From IMG/VR virus record IMGVR_UViG_3300029156_000003, positions 1-52,988 of that record: DNA of 52,988 nt, one strand, 5' to 3'. The notes below the pieces were generated by a model, which saw nothing but the letters and a program-made list of their open reading frames with translations, did not search any database and was not told the DNA's origin. The stretch is from a virus (taxonomy: Duplodnaviria > Caudoviricetes). Position 1 is the stretch's first letter. Each line of letters opens with the position of its first letter. Both the position numbers and the translations under genes were made by a program. Below are positions 24,142 to 33,241 of the stretch, in pieces.

Positions 24142-25196
24142 CCGTTGATAGCCCATTTACCCCGATGCCGCACGAAATAGCCAAAGCCTACAACGACCCG
24201 ATTATTGCTCTGGTTTATGGGGCTGTGTGGGCTTATAGCCAGATGGCTCAACAGGTTTGCAATGCCTCCGTTGACACGATAGCCGAGCGCATCAGCGTAA
24301 GCCGAAAGACCGCCGAGCGGAAGCTAAAAGCGTTGTGCAAAGATGGCTATCTGATCGACCTGACACCCGATGTAACCCACGCCCCACATACGTACATTTG
24401 TTCTAACAAGGTATCTATATCAGTTAGTAAACACGATGGTAGTTACTACACGCAAGGTAAGTCAGAGAGTCTTACCTCCGATGATAAGGTAGGCCAGAGA
24501 GTCTTACCTAGGTCAGACTCAGAGTCTAGCCTAGGTAGGTCAGAGAGTCTTATAAAGAAACAACTACAAGATACAACCAAAGAAACAACTAATAGTGGGG
24601 GTGGGTTTGTCGCTGATCTGCCAGAAATCATTAATGCTATGGATGAGCGCGGTTATGCGCCATTGAGCAATGAGCAATTACGGGCCATTTATGATGCTTT
24701 GGCAGTGCCAGCCAACGAAACGCCGTTGATGTGGATTAGTTACGCACTAGATCGCAATCAGCAGATTGGGGATAAGTCGCTAGATTGCTTGACCGTTGTT
24801 TTGGAATCAATCAACACCGTTGGGTCGCTGGCAACATTCAAGCAATCAGACAAGCCGACCAAGCAAGGCGAACACCCGGCGATTGAGGCTTACAAGGCTG
24901 CAACTGGATATTACCCGCGTCGTAATTGCCAATCGGATATTATCAGCAAGATCGGTGATGACTCAGCCAGTGTTGCGAAGTGGGGCGAAGTGGTCAAGGC
25001 GTGGAAGCTGGCAGGATATAAATTCGACAACTACCAAGGGATGTTTGATTGGTTTGAAACTGGAATACCGACACGAAAGGAACGCAATTATGCAAGCAAT
25101 AAATCAGGCATTATCGGATTACAAGAGCAGAGTACCAAGCCCATTGCCCCAAAGCTCGTCTTTGACCCAGCAACCGGCCAAACCTACGCCCAATGA
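24138..25196 (+). CDS. Replication initiator Rep2 (HTH, internal iterons)
   Basis: CNASVDTIAERISVSRKTAERKLKALCKDGYL HTH; low-complexity iteron-coded linker; precedes loader gene. Confidence 0.8.
   Translation: MTVDSPFTPMPHEIAKAYNDPIIALVYGAVWAYSQMAQQVCNASVDTIAERISVSRKTAERKLKALCKDGYLIDLTPDVTHAPHTYICSNKVSISVSKHDGSYYTQGKSESLTSDDKVGQRVLPRSDSESSLGRSESLIKKQLQDTTKETTNSGGGFVADLPEIINAMDERGYAPLSNEQLRAIYDALAVPANETPLMWISYALDRNQQIGDKSLDCLTVVLESINTVGSLATFKQSDKPTKQGEHPAIEAYKAATGYYPRRNCQSDIISKIGDDSASVAKWGEVVKAWKLAGYKFDNYQGMFDWFETGIPTRKERNYASNKSGIIGLQEQSTKPIAPKLVFDPATGQTYAQ
24456..24566 (+). repeat. Origin 2: iterons within rep2
   Basis: CAGAGAGTCTTA at 24463, 24495, 24541 plus a degenerate copy; then AAGAAACAACTA. 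Confidence 0.75.
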
Positions 25197-25929
25197 TGGC
25201 GGTTGCCCCAAGTGCGGTGGCCTTGGCTTTTTTCGCCGAGATTTGCCACCCGATCATCCTGATTTCGGCAAGCCGGTTCGCTGTGACGGCGAAGCGCACG
25301 CCGTTGACCAGATGAAACGGTTGACCAGTTTGTCAGACCTGACCGACTACGAACGGCAAAAGCGACTGTCAGATATTGCCGTAAACGATGGCAACAGAGC
25401 CGTTATTGATGCTGCTCAATCAATGCTAGACGAGCCATTTGGCTGGCTGTACGTGTGGGGCGGGCCAGGTAATGCCAAAGGCGACACGCTAATTAGCCTG
25501 GTCAATGAGTTTGGGCGGCGTGGCAAAACGGCGTTGTATATCAAATTTAGTCGGTTGGTCAACATTATGCGTGATGCCAAAGTGGAGCGAAATGCCAAAG
25601 CCAGCCACTTGGAGAACAAAGGCGATCTAAATAATTATCAGTCACTTGGCTATCTCGACCTATTTGAGCGCGTTCGTTCGGTATACTGTTTGGCCGTTGA
25701 TGAGGTGGATAAGGTCAATATGACTGGCTTCGCTGAGGAATTCCGTTTCGACTTTTTTGATGAGCGATACCGATTGGCCTTGGCTGGCGAGGCTGTCACC
25801 GTGTTTGCCAGTCAGACATCGCCTGACCAAATGCCAAGCCCGTTGGCAAGCCGCTTTTACGATGGTCGCAATCAGGTTATCGAGAACACGCAGCCTGACG
25901 CAAGGCCCGCAATGCGGAGGTCGAAATGA
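25090..25929 (+). CDS. DnaC/IstB-like AAA+ helicase loader
   Basis: CPKCGG..C Zn motif; WLYVWGGPGNAKG (variant Walker A); LAVDEVDK Walker B; LASRF. Confidence 0.8.
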   Translation: MQAINQALSDYKSRVPSPLPQSSSLTQQPAKPTPNDGGCPKCGGLGFFRRDLPPDHPDFGKPVRCDGEAHAVDQMKRLTSLSDLTDYERQKRLSDIAVNDGNRAVIDAAQSMLDEPFGWLYVWGGPGNAKGDTLISLVNEFGRRGKTALYIKFSRLVNIMRDAKVERNAKASHLENKGDLNNYQSLGYLDLFERVRSVYCLAVDEVDKVNMTGFAEEFRFDFFDERYRLALAGEAVTVFASQTSPDQMPSPLASRFYDGRNQVIENTQPDARPAMRRSK

Positions 25930-26117
25930 ATAGGCCCGATATTATCAAGCTGATCGGAAATGACAAGCGGTTTATTGACGATCTAACCGCGTTTCAATAC
26001 GGCTATATCAATTACGAAACGCTCTTGCACCGCATCATACCCGTGTTGATTTATGGCAAGTTGTTTGTCGAGGAAGCCGAGGAAATCATTAGCGATAATC
26101 AGGAGGAAATCGAATGA
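25926..26117 (+). CDS. Hypothetical protein
   Basis: ATGA-coupled; GGAGG SD. Confidence 0.55.
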   Translation: MNRPDIIKLIGNDKRFIDDLTAFQYGYINYETLLHRIIPVLIYGKLFVEEAEEIISDNQEEIE

Positions 26118-26374
26118 AAGTCCACAAGCTAACTGGCGCGATCAACTACACCGACGCGCGTGATAATCCCAAAGCCGCAACGTTTAACTACGAGCTTCAA
26201 TGCTCATCCAACCGCGAAGAACAGCGCAAGCTCATCACTGATCGGTGGCTGCAAACCGATGCGCCAGCGTTGACAACAAGTAGCGATATTGCCAGCGTTG
26301 ACTTTCGCGCGGTGGCGTTGAGTGACGATGAGATGAGCGATAAATATGGTGCGGTGCAGGGGAGTTTGATATGA
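26114..26374 (+). CDS. Hypothetical protein
   Basis: ATGA-coupled; GGAGG SD. Confidence 0.6.
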   Translation: MKVHKLTGAINYTDARDNPKAATFNYELQCSSNREEQRKLITDRWLQTDAPALTTSSDIASVDFRAVALSDDEMSDKYGAVQGSLI

Positions 26375-26886
26375 GCCGCGAAATTAAACCTTGCCCCTTT
26401 TGCGGCAGCACTGACATATCATTCGTGATCGAGAACCCATCACACGGGAAATGGGGACATATCGAATGTCAATGCGGCGTGACAACTGGCGAAGTCAGAA
26501 CAGATTTTGACACCTCAGCCGATGCGCCTTGGCACGCTGATGCGCTGGCCGAATGGAATACCCGAAAGGATTACGAAATGCACTTTGTGGATTATCAAGT
26601 GAGATCGAAACTAACCGACCTGCAGAAAGGCAACTGGCAATATCATTTACTCGGCTTATCTGGCGAGGTTGGCGAGATCGCAAACAAGCTAAAAAAGGTC
26701 ATCCGCGATGATCGCAAGATTGACATTGATGATATGGCCGCCGAGCTTGGCGATTGCCTCTGGTATCTATCGCAACTTGCAACCGATATGGATATACCAC
26801 TGGATGACATAGCCCAGGCCAACCTGGACAAACTCGCAGATCGCGCCAAGCGAGGGGCGATTCAAGGCGATGGAGACAACCGATGA
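26371..26886 (+). CDS. Lar-family (restriction alleviation) domain fused to MazG-like NTP pyrophosphohydrolase
   Basis: KPCPFCG..C.CG..WNTR, then GLSGEVGEIANKLKK..ELGDCLWY..ANLDKL.DR..RG.I.G.GDNR. Confidence 0.85.
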   Translation: MSREIKPCPFCGSTDISFVIENPSHGKWGHIECQCGVTTGEVRTDFDTSADAPWHADALAEWNTRKDYEMHFVDYQVRSKLTDLQKGNWQYHLLGLSGEVGEIANKLKKVIRDDRKIDIDDMAAELGDCLWYLSQLATDMDIPLDDIAQANLDKLADRAKRGAIQGDGDNR

Positions 26887-27431
26887 GCAAACAACCGAGA
26901 CTATTCAAGTCAACAGCCAAGCGGTATCAGGCCGCAGCCGATAAATGTTGGAAGTTGCATAAAGAGCAGGGGTATATCACCAAAAAGCAGATCACCGCAT
27001 CGTTTGGTCATTCGCAATTTTACCCGCAGACAATGGCGACTGCCGCGAAGTATGGTATCGAATTCCCGCCGCCATTAGATCGGGTTACCGCCAATCGACG
27101 TATGAAATGTGACGCGCTCAACGCCAAATATGCAGAGATTAAAAGGCCGCTGACCCTGGCTGAATTCCGCAAGGCGACAAAAAACACAGTCACAAACAGA
27201 GATTCGATTCGCCAATGGATACAACGCCGCAAGGTCGAAGGCTACGAAGTGCCACCCGTTGAGGGCATCAACCTTGTGCCGTTTGTATCGGTGGCAGAGC
27301 AAAACGCGAAGCTCGACGCAAAACGCTGGCAAACGAAAGGCGAAGTGATTAAAGCCACGCGAATTGGCGGGTTATTTCTTGGAACGCCCGTTCGCAATGA
27401 AGGCGACCAAACGTGGTATGGGCTAATCTAG
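26883..27431 (+). CDS. Basic hypothetical protein, possibly DNA-binding
   Basis: 182 aa K/R-rich; coupled start. Confidence 0.6.
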   Translation: MSKQPRLFKSTAKRYQAAADKCWKLHKEQGYITKKQITASFGHSQFYPQTMATAAKYGIEFPPPLDRVTANRRMKCDALNAKYAEIKRPLTLAEFRKATKNTVTNRDSIRQWIQRRKVEGYEVPPVEGINLVPFVSVAEQNAKLDAKRWQTKGEVIKATRIGGLFLGTPVRNEGDQTWYGLI

Positions 27432-27723
27432 CCACCGCACTCGAAAGGGGGTGATGCCAAAACCGTGCCAGCCTAACACGCTGACACCCGCCAAGATGCA
27501 ACGGAGTCGCTACCACGTTGCACAGAGACAGCGTAGCGAAACCTATGTCTAGTGGAAGCAATTTTTACATTTTGAGCAGGTTCGCGGCTTGCCACACCTG
27601 CGATGATCTGACCAGTGCAAGCGAATGAATTCTTATTCCGCAGTAACGTTGTTCGATAATGTTTCAAACACAAGCCAGCCTCAAGGGGGCGTTTCCTGCG
27701 AGGCTGGCGACCCAATCGGAGGG

Positions 27724-28134
27724 ATGATGGGCAAGTATGACAAAAAAGCGGCTGACTACATAAATTCGTTTTGGGCAACCGTCCACCGGCCACCCGCGAT
27801 AAGAGAGATTCAGCGCGCGTGTGGCATACCATCCAGTGGCACGGTCAGAAATGTTTTAGACCGCCTTGTTTTGTCAGGCGAGTTTAACTATTCGTCTCAA
27901 AAATTCGGCGTGGGCAAAATCGTGCCTGCGTGGGTAGCAAAGGCAATAGACAACGCCACGCCACCGGGATTACCGGCGGTGGGAGACGTTCAGCCACGTG
28001 TGCAAAAATGCGATTGTGGCAAAGACGCACTGCATACGGTAGTGCTGACAGCAGGCGAAGAACAAACGCCGTATAATTACACGCTCTGCGAACAGTGCTA
28101 TCAGTCGGAGCAATCGCTCTATGCGATCAGATGA
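27724..28134 (+). CDS. LexA-like winged-helix DNA-binding domain plus C-terminal Zn finger
   Basis: YINSF....RPPAIREIQRACGIPSSGTVRNVLDRL; CDCG..LCEQC; no S24 peptidase domain. Confidence 0.75.
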   Translation: MMGKYDKKAADYINSFWATVHRPPAIREIQRACGIPSSGTVRNVLDRLVLSGEFNYSSQKFGVGKIVPAWVAKAIDNATPPGLPAVGDVQPRVQKCDCGKDALHTVVLTAGEEQTPYNYTLCEQCYQSEQSLYAIR

Positions 28135-28327
28135 GCAATTTATAACTTGGCTTCGCGGGCAAGGCATCGAAACCTTGCGCCAAGCCGAGCAACAGATGAA
28201 CATAAAAACCAAGTCGATCATCCTCAACCGAAATGAGCGGGCGTTGGTCTGGTTCATCCGTGAGCATAATCTGGATTGTCAAGAAATCCTTAAGGCGATT
28301 CAGGTTGACGTAAGCAATTCGGTCTGA
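28121..28327 (+). CDS. Hypothetical protein
   Basis: Overlapping chain. Confidence 0.5.
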   Translation: MRSDEQFITWLRGQGIETLRQAEQQMNIKTKSIILNRNERALVWFIREHNLDCQEILKAIQVDVSNSV

Positions 28328-28337
28328 TAAAATAAAC

Positions 28338-28351
28338 AGAACTTATATTCT
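28338..28351. promoter_or_regulatory. SOS-box-like site upstream of lysis/TCS operon
   Basis: AGAACTTATATTCT, 1 mismatch to AGAAC-N4-GTTCT. Confidence 0.45.
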
Positions 28352-28378
28352 ACTTTTCCGCAACGGCTGATTACAGTT

Positions 28379-28419
28379 AGGGCGATGACAGGCAATATGC
28401 CGATCATCGCCTTTTTTTA
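28379..28419 (+). terminator. Terminator/attenuator before holin
   Basis: GGCGATGA..TCATCGCC followed by T7. Confidence 0.7.
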
Positions 28420-28436
28420 TGCAACTTGGGGGTTGT

Positions 28437-28634
28437 ATGTCAAAGTCAAGATATTTGAGCAAAACATACTGGTGGGGTAGTAGCTTAATCGCCATCGCAC
28501 TGCTGGTACTAGCCTCATCGGAATTCCAGGCGTTTATCGACAGCCTGCCACCTGAATATGTCGGCTGGGCTACGGGGATCGCTGGCATCGTCACTTTGAT
28601 TTTACGCGAGTTGACCAAAGAGCCGGTTGGCTGA
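28437..28634 (+). CDS. Holin-like 2-TM protein
   Basis: SK..Y.SKT.W...(TM)...(TM)ILR..T.EP. pattern. Confidence 0.7.
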   Translation: MSKSRYLSKTYWWGSSLIAIALLVLASSEFQAFIDSLPPEYVGWATGIAGIVTLILRELTKEPVG

Positions 28635-28912
28635 TGCAAGAAATATTGTCAGACCCAACGCGGCTAAACGCCCTTAGCAGCACCGGCCTTGTTGCGCTCA
28701 TCATCGTGTCAATTCTGATATTTATCTTTTTTAAGTGGTATCCAGATTGGACACGCCGACGAGATCAAGAGGTCTCAAACGAGAAAGAGATTGAATTGGC
28801 AAAAGTAGCCTCTACCACAGAAACACGGATGAAAGAACTCGAAATGTTTACCAGCTTCCACCGGCGATTCGATGATATGAAAGATTGGATACAGGCGGCA
28901 ATGAATGATTGA
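28634..28912 (+). CDS. Single-TM coiled-coil protein (holin-like/lysis accessory)
   Basis: N-terminal TM, charged helical tail; TGATG coupling. Confidence 0.55.
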   Translation: MQEILSDPTRLNALSSTGLVALIIVSILIFIFFKWYPDWTRRRDQEVSNEKEIELAKVASTTETRMKELEMFTSFHRRFDDMKDWIQAAMND

Positions 28913-30011
28913 GTGGTTCGCACCTGAAACGTGGCAACTCCTAAGCTACATACGACTGGTGTACAACGCGGGCTTTGCGCTGATTATGTTTATCATCTCA
29001 GCGATGCCGGTGCTGATTAAATTCGAGGTTGACGAAACCACCGGCCAATCCACGCCACGCCTCAAGCGCGAGGCCAACCGCAGCATTGACTATGCCGTGG
29101 CTCTGTTCTTCTTCGGCATCGGGCTAAACGCCTTGAGCGAGGCGATCTTATTCCTGTTCAGTAATCACTTTACGCTCGGCTATTTTCTGGCGAATCTCAT
29201 TGGTCGATTCCCAACCTATTTACTGGCGATCTTGATGATTATCGGCACATCAACCAAAGGCAAGGAACTTGGAAAGGCTCTGCTTGCGACTGAGGATGTG
29301 CTAAAGCGCGAGGCGGCAGATGCCCATCGCCGTGCTGAGGAATACGCGCAGCTATTATCTATCGCCAGTCACGATCTGAATAGCCCGTCAAAAGGCATCC
29401 TCGGTGGGCTGCGAACGCTCAACGATGGCCTTGGCCTGACTGACGATGAAACCGCCGAGCTACTCGCCGAAATGGAGATCGCCGCGCAGATGGTTTGTGA
29501 TCGGATTGATGGCTTATCCGAGTACAACAAGACGCGGCGCATCGGCGATCGCACCGCCGCGATTGATATGGATGAGCTAATAGAGCAGCTTTGCAACGTG
29601 CTTGAGGCTGATATTGCCACCGTCGATGGTGACGTGGCGCGAGGCCGACTATTACCTGTGGCTGGCTCGAAGGTGCATATCGCGCAATTATTCCAAAATC
29701 TGATCTTGAATAGCCTGAAATACCGGCGCGATAATGTTGCGCCGCGTATCCGCATTACGGCACGACCCGCCGCCAAACGTGGCTTTGTGCAGTTCATCGT
29801 CTCCGATAATGGCATCGGCTTTGAAGCCGATCAAGCCGACAAAATCTTTCAGCTATACCGTTCGGCCCATAAAGACAAGATGGGGACGGGCGTGGGGCTG
29901 ACCATCGTCAAAAACATCGTCACCGCTCACGGTGGCGAGGTCTGGGCTGAGGCACAGCCAAACGGAGGCGCATCATTCTATTTGACATTACCGCAAGCGC
30001 AGCGAAATTAG
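28905..30011 (+). CDS. Membrane sensor histidine kinase (Cph1/bacteriophytochrome-type kinase core, ~3 TM input)
   Basis: H-box SHDLNSP, N-box QNLILNSLKY, G1 DNGIGF, F IFQLY, G2 GTGVGLTIVK, AHGGEVW. Confidence 0.95.
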   Translation: MIEWFAPETWQLLSYIRLVYNAGFALIMFIISAMPVLIKFEVDETTGQSTPRLKREANRSIDYAVALFFFGIGLNALSEAILFLFSNHFTLGYFLANLIGRFPTYLLAILMIIGTSTKGKELGKALLATEDVLKREAADAHRRAEEYAQLLSIASHDLNSPSKGILGGLRTLNDGLGLTDDETAELLAEMEIAAQMVCDRIDGLSEYNKTRRIGDRTAAIDMDELIEQLCNVLEADIATVDGDVARGRLLPVAGSKVHIAQLFQNLILNSLKYRRDNVAPRIRITARPAAKRGFVQFIVSDNGIGFEADQADKIFQLYRSAHKDKMGTGVGLTIVKNIVTAHGGEVWAEAQPNGGASFYLTLPQAQRN

Positions 30012-30013
30012 GC

Positions 30014-30406
30014 GTGCAAAATGTTCTGGTGGTTGAGGACGAAAAGCTACACCAGATGTTGATTAAACGAGCTTTTGACGGCAAGGGTCACAACGTGGTT
30101 TTTGTCGGCGATGGGCGCGAAGCCATCGCCTATCTCAAAACCCAGCCCGTCGATCTGGTTTTGCTCGATCTGAACTTGCCCTACGTCAGCGGCCACGAAG
30201 TGATGGCGCAAATGAATGGACACAAGTTTGCCGTAATCGTGATGACCAGCAGTGACAATCACGACGATGTGCAAAAAGCCTATGACCTGGGCGCGGCCTC
30301 CTACGTAGTCAAACCAGTGGACTACCAGCAGGTCATATCAAGAGCGGTAGACTGGTACTTTAGCAACGACGTGCGTTTACCGGGGGGGTTAAATGCAAAC
30401 GATTGA
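30014..30406 (+). CDS. Single-domain response regulator (Rcp1/CheY-like)
   Basis: VVEDE, LLDLNLP, MTSS...D..KAY.LGA.SYVVKP. Confidence 0.95.
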   Translation: MQNVLVVEDEKLHQMLIKRAFDGKGHNVVFVGDGREAIAYLKTQPVDLVLLDLNLPYVSGHEVMAQMNGHKFAVIVMTSSDNHDDVQKAYDLGAASYVVKPVDYQQVISRAVDWYFSNDVRLPGGLNAND

Positions 30407-30974
30407 CCATAAGATTTTACTGATCGAAGATGAAATTTTGTACCGAATGGAGATCAAGCGATACCTGGCGCGGTTCAAAGCGGTTTATGAGGCTGATGAC
30501 CTTGACCAAGCCTTTGAGCAATTGCTGAAGCACGCCGACATTGATCTGATTTTGCTTGACCTTGGGCTGCCCACCAGCGAGGGGGCTGACACCGTTGAGC
30601 AGGTTATCGCGTTTATCAGAGAACACAATCGGGTTGAGGATATGCCGATCATCGTACTGACTGGCAACACTGACCCTGACGTGCTTCAAGCGGCGTTGGT
30701 CGCTGGCGCGCAAGAGCATCTCGAAAAACACTTGATTAGCGGCTATGTGGTTGAGAAAACGGTGCATTTCGCCATCCGCAATAAGGCGAGAGAAGCGGTG
30801 CTACTTGAAAGCAATCGACGTTGGCGCAAGATCGCCGATCTGAAATGGCAGCAAATGACCCGCGAAGCGGCACTGATGCACGAATTACCATCACAATGGG
30901 CGTATAATGAGCTTATCGAATTACACAAGGCATTTCAAGCCGTGCCACGCAACACAAAGGATAATAACGATTAA
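30393..30974 (+). CDS. Response regulator: receiver domain plus unknown helical output
   Basis: LIEDE, LLDLGLP, IIVLTG, GAQEHLEK; ~65 aa C-terminal extension. Confidence 0.9.
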   Translation: MQTIDHKILLIEDEILYRMEIKRYLARFKAVYEADDLDQAFEQLLKHADIDLILLDLGLPTSEGADTVEQVIAFIREHNRVEDMPIIVLTGNTDPDVLQAALVAGAQEHLEKHLISGYVVEKTVHFAIRNKAREAVLLESNRRWRKIADLKWQQMTREAALMHELPSQWAYNELIELHKAFQAVPRNTKDNND

Positions 30975-33220
30975 TGGCTGTCAATTATGGTTTTGTCCAG
31001 ACTGCACTAAATACCTCGACAGGTACACAGTCGCTATCTGATAGTGAGATGACTGTAACGCCAAAGTTAGCCATTATGTGGCTAACCGAGGGGTCGGTGG
31101 CTGGCACAGATGTAGCTGATGCCGCTATTGGCTATGGGGCAACAGACGGGACAAACCAATGGGCGATGTCGGTTACGTCGCAGGATAATCAAGCGTCAAC
31201 CACATCAACACGGATACTCGATGCCACTAGCTGCATCGCGTTGCTTGATGGTGGCGCAACCTCGACAAAATTGGTCAATGCGACATTCGACAGCTTCGGC
31301 ACTGGTTCGGTAACAATTGACCATCAAGTAGCTCCTGCGGCTGGCTATCTCATCAATGTTGTATTGATCGGTGGGGCTGACTTTGACGTTTTGGTTGGCT
31401 ACATTGACCCAACTGACACCGATGACGGCACAACCGATATTACAACTACGTTTCAGCCCGAAGCTGGTTTATTTGGATACGTCGAACGCGATGATAACAC
31501 AAGCGGCGCGGGACACATCCGCTTTTCGCTTGGCTTTTTCAGCTACGTTTCATCAACAATCACGCAACGGGTTATTGCACAGCGCGAGTCAACGGGGGGC
31601 GGCGCAGGGCAGCCATCAATGGCGAGGCGAACAGACCGCATTGCCAGTTACCTAACGACTAGCGGCACAGAGGTATCAGGCTTTGAGGTGACTGATGTTA
31701 CCTCAACCACCGTTGAAATTACGACACATACGAGCGGGGCCGCTAGTCGGGATTTGCCATACATTATTTTCAATACCGACGGGCAAGGCGTTTGGGTTGG
31801 CGACATTGATAGTCCAACTTCAACTGGCGATGATTCCACGACTGGAATGGGATTCAAGCCAGCCGCATTTTTGCCAGTTATATCAACGCTTTACACCAGC
31901 AACGTAGATGCCAACGACAGCACGGCTGGTGGTTTTTCAATTGGCGCGGCTGTTACTGATATGGGCGATACCGACCTTGAGGGGGCAAGCCGCTTTACTA
32001 TCGAGGATGCTGCTGATCCGACAAACACCGAAAGCAGCACCGAAAGCAGCATTGTTCGTGTCACTCTGGACGATGGTGGAGACGGGGTTGCCGCCTCGTT
32101 TGGGTCATTTGACAGCGACGGTGTAACGCTGAATTGGGGAACAGTTGACGGCTCAAATGCGTGGGCTGGTATCGGACTGGCCTTTGCCGAGGCTCCGGCA
32201 AGCGGCACAGAATACACGCAAGCCACGGCTGGCTCGGTATCGCCAAGCGGGTTGATTTCAAAATCTATCAGCATTGACGCAGTAGGCGTGTTGTTCCAGG
32301 GCGGCAATGCCATCAAGCAATCTGCAAAATCCTTCGCGGGGGCCATTACGCCAAGCAACACATTAGCAACGGTTAAGACCTTTTTGGTGTTACTGGCTGG
32401 GTCGCTTGGGTTGTCGGGCGCAATAGCCAAGCAGGGCAACAAGGCGGCCAGCGGGAATTTAGGACTATCAGGTTCGCCGATAAAACAACTGGCCCGCTCA
32501 ATTGGCGGCACATTGACAACATCCGGCGCATTGGCAAGATCAACGCTCAAAAGTTTTGCGGGCGCATTAGGGCTGGCTGGCGATGCAATTGGCGAATTAA
32601 CCAGCAATACATTTTTTGCCAGCCTGGCGGGGTCGTTGTCCCCTGATGGCACATTGGGCAGATCAACATTGTTGAGCTTTGATGGCAGTTTGCCACTGTC
32701 AGGACAGACGATCAAGCAAACGATTAAAGCATTCGCTGGCAGCATTGCCCCCGCATCGACGCTTGTCACTGTAAAGACGTTTCTACTATCGGTTGCAGGG
32801 TCATTATCCCCATCGGGGCTGCTGACAACGTTGCCGCAAAAGTTAATCGCTGGCGTGATTGCTGGCAGCGGGTCGCTGGCAAAGAAAACGACCAAGACCC
32901 TTTCGGGGGCCATTTCGCCTATCGGCACACTTGCCAAGACATTCCTTTTGACCCTTTCGGGGGCCATTGCCCCAGGTGGGAGCCTGTCTAGCATAAAGGC
33001 TTTTTTCGTATCGCTATCGGGCGCAATTGCGCCAAGTGGCTCTGTCAGCAAGGCCATAAGCAAAAGTTTGTCAGGCGCATTGTCGCTGGTGGGGTCACTT
33101 AGCCGGGCCTCAGATGCAATACCCGTTACCGCAGCAATAAAAACGCTTACGTTCAAAACCCGTGATCTAACCTTCACGGTCAAGAAAAAAATACTGAGTT
33201 TCACGTTCAAAGCAAAGTAA
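30974..33220 (+). CDS. Virion structural/fibre protein with ~18-aa tandem repeats
   Basis: Acidic T/G-rich N-terminal half; C-terminal (L/F)xGxLxPxGxLxKxxxK repeats. Confidence 0.65.
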   Translation: MAVNYGFVQTALNTSTGTQSLSDSEMTVTPKLAIMWLTEGSVAGTDVADAAIGYGATDGTNQWAMSVTSQDNQASTTSTRILDATSCIALLDGGATSTKLVNATFDSFGTGSVTIDHQVAPAAGYLINVVLIGGADFDVLVGYIDPTDTDDGTTDITTTFQPEAGLFGYVERDDNTSGAGHIRFSLGFFSYVSSTITQRVIAQRESTGGGAGQPSMARRTDRIASYLTTSGTEVSGFEVTDVTSTTVEITTHTSGAASRDLPYIIFNTDGQGVWVGDIDSPTSTGDDSTTGMGFKPAAFLPVISTLYTSNVDANDSTAGGFSIGAAVTDMGDTDLEGASRFTIEDAADPTNTESSTESSIVRVTLDDGGDGVAASFGSFDSDGVTLNWGTVDGSNAWAGIGLAFAEAPASGTEYTQATAGSVSPSGLISKSISIDAVGVLFQGGNAIKQSAKSFAGAITPSNTLATVKTFLVLLAGSLGLSGAIAKQGNKAASGNLGLSGSPIKQLARSIGGTLTTSGALARSTLKSFAGALGLAGDAIGELTSNTFFASLAGSLSPDGTLGRSTLLSFDGSLPLSGQTIKQTIKAFAGSIAPASTLVTVKTFLLSVAGSLSPSGLLTTLPQKLIAGVIAGSGSLAKKTTKTLSGAISPIGTLAKTFLLTLSGAIAPGGSLSSIKAFFVSLSGAIAPSGSVSKAISKSLSGALSLVGSLSRASDAIPVTAAIKTLTFKTRDLTFTVKKKILSFTFKAK

Positions 33221-33241
33221 TTTATTTATTTAACAGGAGTA

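Noticed and set aside
24796-25089. Long N-terminal extension of the DnaC-like ORF
   Set aside because: Overlaps the rep2 C-terminus with junk-like sequence; ATG 25090 has an AAGGA SD.
27500-27560. Second hammerhead near GCGAAAC
   Set aside because: No CUGANGA-like core with compatible stems could be built.
31891-33210. 439-aa minus-strand ORF
   Set aside because: Antisense shadow of the repetitive structural gene; no SD or recognisable motifs.
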